From: a virus
Length of the DNA stretch: 35,332 nucleotides
Virus record (IMG/VR): IMGVR_UViG_3300045988_168292
Location: 1 to 35,332 of that record
Reading direction: 5' to 3' (one strand)
A program made the translations under genes and the position numbers. The notes under the pieces are model-generated. The model was not told the origin of the DNA. It saw nothing but the letters and a program-made list of their open reading frames with translations, and searched no databases. This document shows, one piece after another, positions 9,279 through 18,572 of this stretch (positions are counted from its first letter, which is position 1; every line of letters starts with the position of its first letter).

Positions 9279-9437
9279 CTACTTCACTAACTCTGTATGT
9301 GCGTGTTCCTCGCTCTTTTCTTTTTGTATTCGTATTCTATTTTTGCATCTTGTGCATTTAATTTCTCCATCAATGTATTTTATAAAAATCAGAGTTTGTC
9401 CACATTGAGGACATTTTACTTTTTCTATCTTATTCAT
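9279..9437 (-). CDS. Com-family-like zinc-ribbon protein (52 aa from the ATG at 9437; track ORF extends to 9473)
   Basis: Sequence is MNKIEKVKCPQCGQTLIFIKYIDGEIKCTRCKNRIRIQ, with CxxC..CxRCK spacing like Mu Com. AAGGAG lies upstream of 9437. Its ATG overlaps the GT stop (GATGAATAA). Confidence 0.55.
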   Translation of the reverse strand: MNKIEKVKCPQCGQTLIFIKYIDGEIKCTRCKNRIRIQKEKSEEHAHTELVK

Positions 9438-10007
9438 CACTAAACATTTCTCCTTGATGATTAATCTTTTCATCTAATTCTGCATATGTTATTTTATTTA
9501 ATTTAAAATCATAATTAATTTTATAATGTTTATATAGTTTTAGAAATTTGGATAAAGTCATTCTGCCTACTTCTTTTTCTCTAAATCCTAATAAACAATG
9601 TCCAACAAATAATATCCACGAGAAATCAATAATAAATTCTTCATCCTCGTGGATTACACGTTTTTTTCTTCTTCTTCATTTTTTGTTGATTCTATTACTG
9701 TTTCTTGTACTTTATCTGTTAAATTCTTCATTCCTAATTCTGTTATCAATCTTCCTACTTGTTTTGAAGTTACAAATTCTCTTTTAACCTCATTATTTTC
9801 GTTTTCAATATCTATTCCTTCATTAATCATTTCTAAAATTCCGAATTTTAATGCTCCTATATTTATTTCTCGTTCTTTTCCATCTGTCATTTCTCCCCAT
9901 TTCTCATAAGAACCATATTTATCTTGTATTTTTTCTATTACATTTAGATTAAATACTAAAGGATATTTTATGTTTTTGCATTCAATATATTTAATAGTAT
10001 CAATCAT
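9430..10007 (-). CDS. Tail assembly chaperone GT fusion made by -1 programmed frameshift
   Basis: After the slippery A-AAA-AAC, the -1 frame stays open for 76 codons (RVIHEDEEFIIDFSW...TLSKFLKLYKHYKINYDF...MFSDE*), ending at 9430. Confidence 0.7.
9654..10007 (-). CDS. Tail assembly chaperone G
   Basis: 117 aa acidic protein between the major tail and tape measure genes. It ends in a GAA-AAA-AAC slippery run. Confidence 0.8.
   Translation of the reverse strand: MIDTIKYIECKNIKYPLVFNLNVIEKIQDKYGSYEKWGEMTDGKEREINIGALKFGILEMINEGIDIENENNEVKREFVTSKQVGRLITELGMKNLTDKVQETVIESTKNEEEEKNV
9660..9668 (-). promoter_or_regulatory. -1 ribosomal frameshift slippery site (G AAA AAA C; heptamer A-AAA-AAC)
   Basis: Seven consecutive A on the coding strand lie 2 codons before the G stop. 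The downstream -1 frame is open. Confidence 0.7.
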
Positions 10008-10026
10008 CTTTTACCTCCTAAAAATT

Positions 10027-10074
10027 AAAAGTAGACTAGATTGAACGTTTTGTGGTTCAGTATAGTCTACTTTT
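10027..10074 (-). terminator. Leaky intrinsic terminator/stabiliser hairpin after the major tail gene
   Basis: 12-bp stem (aaaagtagacta / tagtctactttt), followed on the minus strand by a T-run and then the chaperone RBS. Confidence 0.6.
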
Positions 10075-10082
10075 TATTTAAA

Positions 10083-10667
10083 TTATTTAGATGGTGTTAA
10101 AAGACCATCTAAATATGCTTGTGCTTCAGCTAATGTTTCAAAAGTTTCAGATTTCTTCCAATCTCCAACTTTCATTCCATTTATTTCTTCTTCTAACTCT
10201 AATACAGTTGCTTCAATAGAAACTGTATTATATTCTATTGATTCACCTTTTGTTTTTCTATCAGCAGTAATTTTTGTTATTTGTATACGTGGTAAAAACT
10301 CTACTTTATAGCTTTTTACACTTTTATATATTTTGGTAACAATATGTCCATAGCCGATTTCTGGTGCTATATCTTCTGAATTGTCTGTAACTTCTTTTTC
10401 AGTTATTGTACAACCTTTTACATCAGCATATACTTCATCTGTAACATCATCAACAGTTATGTTTACAGTTCCACCTTTGAAAGAATAATCTTTTTCTGCA
10501 ATTATATCGTCTGCTCTTAATGTTGTATTGTTTTTATCTTCTGTTATTTTTGCATCAATTAATCTTCCTAAAACTGGTACTATTGATTCTTTTACTAACG
10601 CTGCATATTTTTTTGTAGTATAATCTATTTTATTATATTTTGCTGTTCTTAGTCCTATACTAGCCAT
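10083..10667 (-). CDS. Major tail protein
   Basis: 194 aa in the position after the neck genes. Has an LRADDIIAEKDYSFKGGTVNITVDD pattern typical of phi13-type major tail proteins. A hairpin follows it. Confidence 0.75.
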   Translation of the reverse strand: MASIGLRTAKYNKIDYTTKKYAALVKESIVPVLGRLIDAKITEDKNNTTLRADDIIAEKDYSFKGGTVNITVDDVTDEVYADVKGCTITEKEVTDNSEDIAPEIGYGHIVTKIYKSVKSYKVEFLPRIQITKITADRKTKGESIEYNTVSIEATVLELEEEINGMKVGDWKKSETFETLAEAQAYLDGLLTPSK

Positions 10668-10989
10668 TTATATACCTACCTTTCTTAAAAGAACATGTTC
10701 TATGATATAAGCCTGTTTCTTCTTCAAAAAATTCTTGACTATCTCCATCCCATGTCCAGTCATTTTCTTTCATTTTATTTTTTATTGAACTCATTATTTT
10801 TAAATAATTGCTATCACTATAAATATCTATATCAACAGTTACTTCGCTGTCTGTTATTTCATCATCACTTGAAGAAAGTGGTTCTTCATCTATTATTGTC
10901 CATACAACATAAGTTTTTTTATTCCCTTTATACTTTAAATGTGCTACTGGAACATCTAATTTTAAAATCTTTTTTATTTCACTTTCCAT
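10660..10989 (-). CDS. Tail terminator / tail-completion protein
   Basis: 109 aa directly upstream of the major tail gene, which it overlaps. Confidence 0.55.
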   Translation of the reverse strand: MESEIKKILKLDVPVAHLKYKGNKKTYVVWTIIDEEPLSSSDDEITDSEVTVDIDIYSDSNYLKIMSSIKNKMKENDWTWDGDSQEFFEEETGLYHRTCSFKKGRYING

Positions 10990-10991
10990 AA

Positions 10992-11405
10992 TTACTCCTT
11001 TGACAAATATTTTTCTTGAACTTTTTTCATTTCTGACTCTATTTCTGCTTTTCTAAAAGATTTACGCATAAACGTTTGTTTTTTTACTGTTGATGTGCCA
11101 TGTTCAAAAATATTTGCAACAAGCGGTGCTGGTGTTATTACTCCTCTTTTATTCTTGAAATATCCGTAAAAGCCAACTTTAGTGTTTATTCCTTTATCGC
11201 TTGGCGTTTTATATACTTTAGTTATTTTCAAACATTTCATTATATTTGAGGCTCTAAAAGATTTTGGAACATTTTTCAGTACATTTTTATATACTTTTTC
11301 TGCTCCCGCTTTTGTCATCTCACCAATTATTTTTTCACTATCTTGTTCTAATTCTTGAAACACTTTTATTAAATCATTTGGTAATTCTTCTTTAAATTTC
11401 GCCAT
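10992..11405 (-). CDS. HK97 gp10-like neck/tail-component protein
   Basis: 137 aa. The N-terminus (KFKEELPNDLIKVFQELEQDSEKIIGEMTKAGAEKV) resembles the HK97 gp10 family. Confidence 0.6.
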   Translation of the reverse strand: MAKFKEELPNDLIKVFQELEQDSEKIIGEMTKAGAEKVYKNVLKNVPKSFRASNIMKCLKITKVYKTPSDKGINTKVGFYGYFKNKRGVITPAPLVANIFEHGTSTVKKQTFMRKSFRKAEIESEMKKVQEKYLSKE

Positions 11406-11749
11406 TATTTAGTCACTCTTTTACATTGCATTTCAAGTTCAATATTTGCCTCATTTACATTATTTAAATATTCAATAGTATAGATTTTGTCTTTATATTT
11501 TACATATACATCTCTATTAGAACTGTAGTATGCGTCTTCTACTTTTTTTGAATATCTAATAGTAAAATTAGTATACGCCTTTTCAAAATCAGAACCATTT
11601 GCAATTAAAGTATATCCTTTTGTTGTTTTTACTTTAGAAAAAGGTTTAAGGATAATAATTTCATTTTTTGTAACAAATCCATCACTATCCTCTATTTCCT
11701 CAATTTGATATATAGATATTTTTTTATTATAATCGCCTGCGTTTATCAT
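11405..11749 (-). CDS. Head closure / head-tail adaptor protein
   Basis: 114 aa, with overlapping start and stop to its neighbours in the connector block. Confidence 0.6.
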   Translation of the reverse strand: MINAGDYNKKISIYQIEEIEDSDGFVTKNEIIILKPFSKVKTTKGYTLIANGSDFEKAYTNFTIRYSKKVEDAYYSSNRDVYVKYKDKIYTIEYLNNVNEANIELEMQCKRVTK

Positions 11750-12057
11750 AAGTTATTCCTCGTATGCATATCAAGAATAGTTTTTACAGTATTATTTATA
11801 TTTTTACCATCAACATACATAACTCTATTGTCGTACATATCTTGGCATAATACATAAACAACAATGACAAAGTCCGAATATGTATCAAGTGTTTCCGCTT
11901 CTTCATTTTCGGACTTTTGTGGTATTCCTGTATAATTTTCAATATAATTTTTAGCAATATTTAAAAATAGTTCAATATTTTTATTATCATCATCATTAAC
12001 TTCTGATAATCTCAAATAATTAGTTATATCCTTTACAGTAATTTCACTTACTTTCAT
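11746..12057 (-). CDS. Head-tail connector (gp6-like) protein
   Basis: 103 aa, the first gene after the capsid gene. N-terminus is ITVKDITNYLRL. Confidence 0.6.
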   Translation of the reverse strand: MKVSEITVKDITNYLRLSEVNDDDNKNIELFLNIAKNYIENYTGIPQKSENEEAETLDTYSDFVIVVYVLCQDMYDNRVMYVDGKNINNTVKTILDMHTRNNL

Positions 12058-12081
12058 TGCTTGTCCTCCTTTTTAGGAAGT

Positions 12082-13254
12082 CTATTTAGTTGTTGGGTCT
12101 GTTGCACCAGATACTGCAACTGCTATTTTTTGTGTATTTTCAACTTTAGCATCTAATTCAGAGTATCCAACAACACCTATTGCGTGTTGTGTAGCAAATT
12201 TTTCTAACAATATTTGTATTTCCATAGACTCTGTTTCTTTTATAGCAAGTCCTGAAAAGTCTCCATAGAATATAACAGCTTTTGATGCTGTTCCTAATTT
12301 TTCAGCTTTTTCTGAACAATAAACAGGTTTTCCTAATAATTCATAATCCCATTTTTCGTTAAATGCTCTGTTTAAAATGTAGTTTCCATCGCTATCTTTT
12401 AATTTTCTTATTTTCTTTCTTGTGTCCCTATTCATAATCCAATAAGCATTAGCTTGAAAAGCATCTGGTACAGTTTCTTGAATATCTATTAATTCATCTG
12501 CAGTTATAGAAGATTTTGCAGCTAATGTTACTTTCATATTTGTTGAATCATAAGATTTAGTAATACCTGAAATTTTACTGTCTGTCCCATTTAACATTTC
12601 GCCTTCATAGAATAGTTTGAATTTTTCAGCCATTTTATTTACAACATAATCTGTTAAATTAAAATCATTGTTATTTAGTAATGATTTTGATATTTTTGTT
12701 AATGCTCCAATTAAAAATCCTGTTAATTCAACTGTAGCAAATTTCCCAGAATGAGAAACTAATTCGTCAAATTCTGTAGCATAAGCAACTGTTACATCAT
12801 CTGTTGTATCATCATATTTTGGTACAGCTAATGTTCCTTTTGCATCATATCTTGTTGCACTTGCATATAATGGTGATATTTCAATAACTTTATCAATAAC
12901 TTTTTGAGCTATTGTTTTTGGTATTATCACTCCATTATCACCTTTTGTTAATTGTGTTTCAGAATTTTGTGGTACACCACTTACATAATTTCTTATGAAT
13001 GTTGCAAATGCTTTAACATCTTCTTCTTCTTGTGTTAATTCTTTTTCGCCTTCTGTTTTGTTACATTCCATTTTGTTTACTTTTTTACTTCTTTCTAATG
13101 TTGCATCAATATTTTTGATTTCTTTTTCTACATCATCAAAGCTTTTTATTTCTTCATCATTCATAGCTCTGTTTTCAACTTTTGCCTTGTTTAATATTTC
13201 CTCCATTTTCGCTTGTAAATCGTTTCTTTTTTCCATTAATTCCTTTTCATTCAT
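12082..13254 (-). CDS. Major capsid protein, HK97 family, with coiled-coil delta domain
   Basis: 390 aa. It has an N-terminal ~100 aa charged coiled coil and follows the ClpP-type prohead protease. Confidence 0.85.
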   Translation of the reverse strand: MNEKELMEKRNDLQAKMEEILNKAKVENRAMNDEEIKSFDDVEKEIKNIDATLERSKKVNKMECNKTEGEKELTQEEEDVKAFATFIRNYVSGVPQNSETQLTKGDNGVIIPKTIAQKVIDKVIEISPLYASATRYDAKGTLAVPKYDDTTDDVTVAYATEFDELVSHSGKFATVELTGFLIGALTKISKSLLNNNDFNLTDYVVNKMAEKFKLFYEGEMLNGTDSKISGITKSYDSTNMKVTLAAKSSITADELIDIQETVPDAFQANAYWIMNRDTRKKIRKLKDSDGNYILNRAFNEKWDYELLGKPVYCSEKAEKLGTASKAVIFYGDFSGLAIKETESMEIQILLEKFATQHAIGVVGYSELDAKVENTQKIAVAVSGATDPTTK

Positions 13255-13321
13255 GTTTTTTACCTTCCTTCTTTTAAATTTTTATAAAATAAAAAAACAA
13301 CTAACTTAATAGCTGTTTTCA

Positions 13322-14074
13322 TTATTTTTTTATATTAAATAATCTTTTTTCAAAATCAGAATAATCTAATTTTGGCTCATCTGCTTTTTTAAGCATATTT
13401 TTTAATGATTTTGGTACATTCTTGTAATTTTTAAACAGATTAGATGTGCATGCGGCGACTTGCTTTTGTTCTTTTATTAAATTTACATCAAATGTATCAT
13501 CTACTTCTTTTGCACCTAACCAACTTTCGGCATTTATCAACTCTTTTATTTCTTCTTCATCAACTTTTGCCTTTTTCATATAAAGTGGTATCATGGTACT
13601 GTTTTCAATAGTATTTAAAACATCTATGCATTTTTGAAAATCTAATGCATTACCATAACAGATATTTATTGGTTTGTGTATCATTATCACTGAATTTTCA
13701 TAAATATTTACATCGTCACCCATCATTAAGATAAATGTACCTGCACTAGCACACAATCCATCTACGTATGTATGAATTTTAGTTCCAGAATCTTTTAATC
13801 TTTGCAACATACTGCATATTGTAGTTGCAACAAAGACCTCTCCACCTGGTGTGTTCATAAAAATGTTTAAATCTGATATATTTCCTAAGTTGTCTAATTC
13901 TTCTTTAAAACTTTGTAAGCCTATCAAATTATTGTCCTTTTCGCCTGTCCACCAATCTGTATCATCTGTAACTATTTCACCATAAAAATAAAGGTCAGCA
14001 CTCGTGTTTGGTATTATGTTTTTTATTTCATAAAACTTATTCTTCAATTTGCTCACCTCCCTCCGCTTCTTCAC
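13322..14074 (-). CDS. Prohead serine protease, ClpP (S14) family
   Basis: Contains NTPGGEVFVATTICSML...VDGLCASAGTFILMMGD motifs. A TTG at 14047 behind GGAGGGAGGTGA is an alternative start. Confidence 0.85.
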   Translation of the reverse strand: MKKRREVSKLKNKFYEIKNIIPNTSADLYFYGEIVTDDTDWWTGEKDNNLIGLQSFKEELDNLGNISDLNIFMNTPGGEVFVATTICSMLQRLKDSGTKIHTYVDGLCASAGTFILMMGDDVNIYENSVIMIHKPINICYGNALDFQKCIDVLNTIENSTMIPLYMKKAKVDEEEIKELINAESWLGAKEVDDTFDVNLIKEQKQVAACTSNLFKNYKNVPKSLKNMLKKADEPKLDYSDFEKRLFNIKK

Positions 14075-15332
14075 TACTTTTTTGTATGTTTTCCTTGTTG
14101 TTTTCTTCTATTTGCTTGTTATCTTTATTTACATCATCCATTTTTACCATTTTATTGGTATTTGGGGTATAAATCTGTTTTGTTTTTGGGTCAAACAATA
14201 CACTTCCCAAACTTAAATTTACTAAATCTAGACCTTCAAGTGCATCATCGCCTTCCAAATATCGAACTTCATTTATTGTTTTAAATCCAGATTCTATTGC
14301 AGTTTTATATGCTTCATATCTTTCTTTTATAGTACATCTTATTAGTTCTGTATAATCTGGTGCAAAATAATAAGACTTCTTTTCTTTTTCAAGTAAAAAG
14401 TCTCTATTTAAAGCTGTACAAAATGCTGTCGCAATTGGCATAATTGCATTTTTTAGAAAATCTTCATTTGTTTTTCCTATATGAAATATTTCTTTTACTT
14501 CTTCACTAAATGTTTTGTTTTTTTCATTTAACTGATTTTCAACAGATGTATTTGATGCTTCTTGAAATTCCATTCCATCATTTAAAATTACACAACTAGA
14601 ATTTCCATTATAATAATCATTCCATGCTTTTTTTAGCGAGTCCATACCTATTTTGTCTAATTTGTTTTTTGATTTTAAAAATCCTTTTTTATTTCCGCCT
14701 GTTCTCATCAAATCCAAGTCATATATTATTCTTTTATATGCTGTTTCTAAGCTTTTGCTTATTTCTTTTGTGTATCCTGTTCCATATGCACCATTTTTTG
14801 TATTTCTTAACAATTTTATGAAATCATATGGTTTATAGCTTTTTCCATCAATCAATATGTAATACTTTTTATATATTGCATCGGTATTTCTTTCAAATAA
14901 GACCTTCTTTTCTTCTACATAATTTAATCCAACAAAATTATTACCTTTTTTATTAATGTATGCATACCCACCTTTTCCCAAAAGATAATCTTCTACAATT
15001 GCTTTTTTAAATTGAAACCCATCTAAAGTATCTTTTGTATCTAAATTTATAATATTTACTCTGTCATCTTCTACTTCTGATGTTTGTTTTTTTCCATCTT
15101 TTGTTGTTTTTTTGTATAACTTAAATGGTATCATTGCAAAAGAATCACAAATTAATCCTACTGCACTTGAAACTGCAGGTATCATTAATACTTTTTCTCT
15201 GTCAATTTCTTCTCCAGATATCAAAGCTTTTAGTATTACATCATTTACTGTATTTTCATCAATAATTGTTTCTTCATTTGTTTCATTTTTAATATTTTTT
15301 TTAAAAATATCTCTTATTTTCACTTTTCTCAC
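14037..15332 (-). CDS. Portal protein (HK97 family)
   Basis: 431 aa between TerL and the protease, with an acidic C-terminus. Confidence 0.85.
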   Translation of the reverse strand: MRKVKIRDIFKKNIKNETNEETIIDENTVNDVILKALISGEEIDREKVLMIPAVSSAVGLICDSFAMIPFKLYKKTTKDGKKQTSEVEDDRVNIINLDTKDTLDGFQFKKAIVEDYLLGKGGYAYINKKGNNFVGLNYVEEKKVLFERNTDAIYKKYYILIDGKSYKPYDFIKLLRNTKNGAYGTGYTKEISKSLETAYKRIIYDLDLMRTGGNKKGFLKSKNKLDKIGMDSLKKAWNDYYNGNSSCVILNDGMEFQEASNTSVENQLNEKNKTFSEEVKEIFHIGKTNEDFLKNAIMPIATAFCTALNRDFLLEKEKKSYYFAPDYTELIRCTIKERYEAYKTAIESGFKTINEVRYLEGDDALEGLDLVNLSLGSVLFDPKTKQIYTPNTNKMVKMDDVNKDNKQIEENNKENIQKSSEEAEGGEQIEE

Positions 15333-15335
15333 CTC

Positions 15336-17015
15336 CTAAAAACTTTGACATACAAAATTATCTTCATTTAATATCTTTTGTTGCAATAAATAAGTCGCTA
15401 TAATTGTACTTACAACCATATCGACTTTCCCAGTAGATTTTTTCTTATTAACATATTTATTTAAATTAGTATCTTCTGTACATTTTGCATTTTGGAAATT
15501 TATTTCATATAATCTGTCACCGTCGTAGCTAAATTTTCTTTGTAATATATTTTCTTGCAAGAATTTTGTTGGTTGATGTAAAACACTTGAGTGTTGTTTT
15601 ACTTCAACTGTCTCATATCCTGCTTCTTGAAGTTTATTAGCTGTAGAAATGCAGTTATATCTATCATAGCCTATTTGAACAATATGAACTCCATATTCTT
15701 TTTCTAAGTTCATAATAAATTTCTCAACAAAACTATATGATATAATTTCCTCTCCGCAAGCAAAACAACTTCCATCTTCTATAAATCTTCTATAGTCAGT
15801 TCTTTCTCTACGGTTCTTTTCTTCTATTCTTCCTGCAGGAATAAAAGCCCATGATTTTGCAAATATCATATCATCTTCTATTGTTACCATTGAAACTGAT
15901 GTATTATCATTTGTCATTGCTAAGTCTAATCCTACATATACATCTTTTCCGTCCCAATTAAATACTCCTCTTGTGTTTTTACATAATCTTAATTTATCTA
16001 AAGTTATAAATTCTTCACCAGAATTTGATGGCATGAAATAATTCATGTGTTTTGTTAAAAACTCAACTCTTTCATCTGGCTTTGCTAATGCTTTTTTTCT
16101 GTTATCTCGGATTTCGTTATAATTTTCTTCAACTCTTAACGGATTTGCCATCTGTAATCCAATATCATCCCACAAATGCTCTTCTGTTGCATAATATACT
16201 AGTGCAAATAATCTTTCATCTGTTTCAAGGCCTTTGTATATCTTTTTTAAGTAGTCAAGTTCTCCTAACATTATTGATTTATCTTCTGCATATGCAGATG
16301 TTAATCTAAACATCAAGGGATTTCTTATATTTAATTGACCAGATTTCATTGCTTCAACATTCGAATTATCTTTCATTGCTCCAAATTCATCTGCAATAAA
16401 TGCACTTGGTTTTATCGAATTGTTTCTATTTGCTTCTGCCGTTCTTGGTTGATAAAAACTATGTGTCAATGTGCATTCTAATCTTCCACTTAATGTTTTT
16501 GGAATATTAAAGTATTGACCAACTAATGGACTTACATTTAAAATTTGTGCTATTGCTTTTTTTACTTCTCCTGCTAAGTCTCTGTCTAAACATATTGAAT
16601 AAAATTCTGAATAATTATCTTCAGTCAGCATTAATATTATAAATATTAGTGCTGCTAAAAATGTTTTTGTATTTTTTCTAGGTATAAATAAATCAACTTC
16701 TCTATACCTATACTTTTTAGCATCTGTTTTGTATCTCCATCCAAAAATATTAGCAATAAAAAAAGCTTGGAAATTTTCCAAACCTTCGTATAAACTTTTG
16801 CCAACAATATGTAATCCAGTTGCAAAATTCAATAATTTTAAAATGCCCTCAATTATTCCAATTTTTTTTGTATCAAAATAATATGGATAATAGTCATTGT
16901 TTTGTTTTTCTAAATCTTCTAAAAACCATTCGCATTGTTTTTTTACTTCAAATGTTGTTATTTCTTTTCCACTTATACAATCTTGAGCATATTCTTTTGC
17001 TTTTTCTAATAACAT
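15336..17015 (-). CDS. terL: Terminase large subunit
   Basis: 559 aa with a Walker-A-like IPRKNTKT motif and a C-terminal nuclease region. ATGA overlap with terS. Confidence 0.9.
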   Translation of the reverse strand: MLLEKAKEYAQDCISGKEITTFEVKKQCEWFLEDLEKQNNDYYPYYFDTKKIGIIEGILKLLNFATGLHIVGKSLYEGLENFQAFFIANIFGWRYKTDAKKYRYREVDLFIPRKNTKTFLAALIFIILMLTEDNYSEFYSICLDRDLAGEVKKAIAQILNVSPLVGQYFNIPKTLSGRLECTLTHSFYQPRTAEANRNNSIKPSAFIADEFGAMKDNSNVEAMKSGQLNIRNPLMFRLTSAYAEDKSIMLGELDYLKKIYKGLETDERLFALVYYATEEHLWDDIGLQMANPLRVEENYNEIRDNRKKALAKPDERVEFLTKHMNYFMPSNSGEEFITLDKLRLCKNTRGVFNWDGKDVYVGLDLAMTNDNTSVSMVTIEDDMIFAKSWAFIPAGRIEEKNRRERTDYRRFIEDGSCFACGEEIISYSFVEKFIMNLEKEYGVHIVQIGYDRYNCISTANKLQEAGYETVEVKQHSSVLHQPTKFLQENILQRKFSYDGDRLYEINFQNAKCTEDTNLNKYVNKKKSTGKVDMVVSTIIATYLLQQKILNEDNFVCQSF

Positions 17016-17608
17016 TATGCTTCACCTCGTAATACTTTTAAAAGTGGATTATCTGCTTCTTTATCCTCTTTTTTAGGTATACTTCTTAATGCCGATGCTA
17101 TTGTCATGACATTTTCTTTTTCAATGTCTAATAACATTTTTCTTTTTACTTGTACTTGTTTGTCTATTGACAACATAGACTTTATCATTTTTGCAAGAGT
17201 TTTAGCATATTCTAATTTGTAATCTAATAATCCTTCTGTGTCGTCTCTCTCTTTTAATTCCTCTATTAGTTCATTTTCTTCTTCTCTTAATTTAGATATT
17301 AAATTGTAGCATTCTTCTCTTCGTTCTTCTAAATCTGAACACTCAGCTTGGAGCAAACAATATCTATTTATAACTGCTTCATAAATTGCATCATTTTTAT
17401 CTATATTTTTTAGTATTTTTTGTATTCTTTTAAATTCTTTATGTGCTACTTTGTTTTGTTTTACTTCTTTTCTTTCTTTTAGTTCCATATCTGTGCTTAA
17501 AGATTTCTCTCCTTCTTCTCTCATCTTTAATTCAGCTTTTGTTCTATGTGACTTTTTTTCTGTCGTTAATACCTTGTATGGTTTTGTTGGTGTTGGCATA
17601 TTGTTCAT
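17015..17608 (-). CDS. terS: Terminase small subunit (P27-like)
   Basis: 197 aa. N-terminus is PTPTKPYKVLTTEKKSHRTKAELKMRE, followed by a coiled coil. Directly upstream of terL. Confidence 0.75.
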   Translation of the reverse strand: MNNMPTPTKPYKVLTTEKKSHRTKAELKMREEGEKSLSTDMELKERKEVKQNKVAHKEFKRIQKILKNIDKNDAIYEAVINRYCLLQAECSDLEERREECYNLISKLREEENELIEELKERDDTEGLLDYKLEYAKTLAKMIKSMLSIDKQVQVKRKMLLDIEKENVMTIASALRSIPKKEDKEADNPLLKVLRGEA

Positions 17609-17718
17609 CTCCTTTCTTACATTATTAATTTGTGCTGATGTGGGATTTTTTTTTAAGCAGAGGTATGCAGTCGGTGTAAAAATTTATTTTTATTTTTTGT
17701 CTTTCGTGGTAGGGGGGA
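17609..17718. other. Candidate cos / terminase recognition region
   Basis: 110-bp gap between HNH and terS. It holds G/C islands (ggtagggggg, gcagaggtatgcagtcggtg, gtgctgatgtggg) in otherwise AT-rich DNA. Confidence 0.3.
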
Positions 17719-18105
17719 TTAGATATTCTTTTTTTCTTGCTCATCTATTATTTTTTGTACTATTTCTCGTGGTATCTCTCTGTTCTCGCACATCTCATGA
17801 TGATAACTGCATACTGTTATTAGGTTGTCATTATCTAATCTTCTATTATAGTCTTCGTTTATTGGTATGTTGTGATGTACACTTAGTTCATTCATGTTAT
17901 ACTTTGTTACTGTATTGTATAATTCTCTAATGCATATCTGACATAAATACAAGTCTCTCTTCTTTATTTCTTCTCTCTTTCTATGCCATAAACTTGTCCA
18001 CCTAAACCTATCCGCTTCTGTTACTTCTTTCTTTCTGTTTGGCTTTTCTTTACATATATATTTACTATCATGTATCTTCCCACAATATTGACAACTCTTT
18101 AACAT
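17719..18105 (-). CDS. HNH endonuclease (terminase-associated)
   Basis: Motifs are CQYCGK...CQIC...SVHHNIPI..DNDNLITVCSYHHEMC. Located upstream of terS, as in HK97-like cos phages. Confidence 0.85.
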   Translation of the reverse strand: MLKSCQYCGKIHDSKYICKEKPNRKKEVTEADRFRWTSLWHRKREEIKKRDLYLCQICIRELYNTVTKYNMNELSVHHNIPINEDYNRRLDNDNLITVCSYHHEMCENREIPREIVQKIIDEQEKKNI

Positions 18106-18266
18106 TATTTATCATCTCTATTATTCTTTAAATTATTTACTGTGTTTCCATGTTCCATTTTTATTTCTATAGTTTTGTTTAATATTGCATATATGATTAC
18201 TACACTAAGTATTCCACATAACAAAACACATGGACTTAATATAATTAATAGCATAATCTTTAACAT
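18105..18266 (-). CDS. Small membrane protein (53 aa, below track cutoff)
   Basis: Sequence is MLKIMLLIILSPCVLLCGILSVVIIYAIL... Its stop overlaps the HNH start (TAATG). Weak RBS AAAGGAA. Confidence 0.45.
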   Translation of the reverse strand: MLKIMLLIILSPCVLLCGILSVVIIYAILNKTIEIKMEHGNTVNNLKNNRDDK

Positions 18267-18287
18267 TTAAATTCATTCCTTTCGTAC

Positions 18288-18326
18288 AAAAGAAAGAAGC
18301 ACCTTTATTAAAGTGCTTCTTTTATA
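18288..18326. terminator. Bidirectional intrinsic terminator after the TM2 gene
   Basis: Stem is agaagcac / gtgcttct (18295-18302 / 18313-18320), with T-runs on both strands. Confidence 0.7.
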
Positions 18327-18335
18327 ATATTTTTA

Positions 18336-18572
18336 TTATTGTCTTATTGGTGCTCCTGCATTATCTTTATAGCTGCCTACTGCTATCTGAATTAAATCTT
18401 TAATCCATCCTAAACAAAAGAAATTCGCTGTGCAGGTCTTTACTAATCCGCTTCCTATTTTTCCTAAATAATAATCATGTATTCCTATAAACCCTCCACA
18501 AGCACATAAAATTAATGCTGTACGCTTAGATTTATCACTTGTTATAGTTGTATAATTTGCCATATAAATCAT
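18336..18572 (-). CDS. TM2-domain membrane protein
   Basis: Contains a GGFIGIHDYYLGK signature and two hydrophobic segments. The likely start is MANYTT. Confidence 0.7.
   Translation of the reverse strand: MIYMANYTTITSDKSKRTALILCACGGFIGIHDYYLGKIGSGLVKTCTANFFCLGWIKDLIQIAVGSYKDNAGAPIRQ

Noticed and set aside
9438-9473. Twelve-codon N-terminal extension of the Com-like ORF (MKRLIIKEKCLV).
   Set aside because: This segment is the 3' end of the -1 frame GT extension. The RBS (AAGGAG) serves the ATG at 9437.
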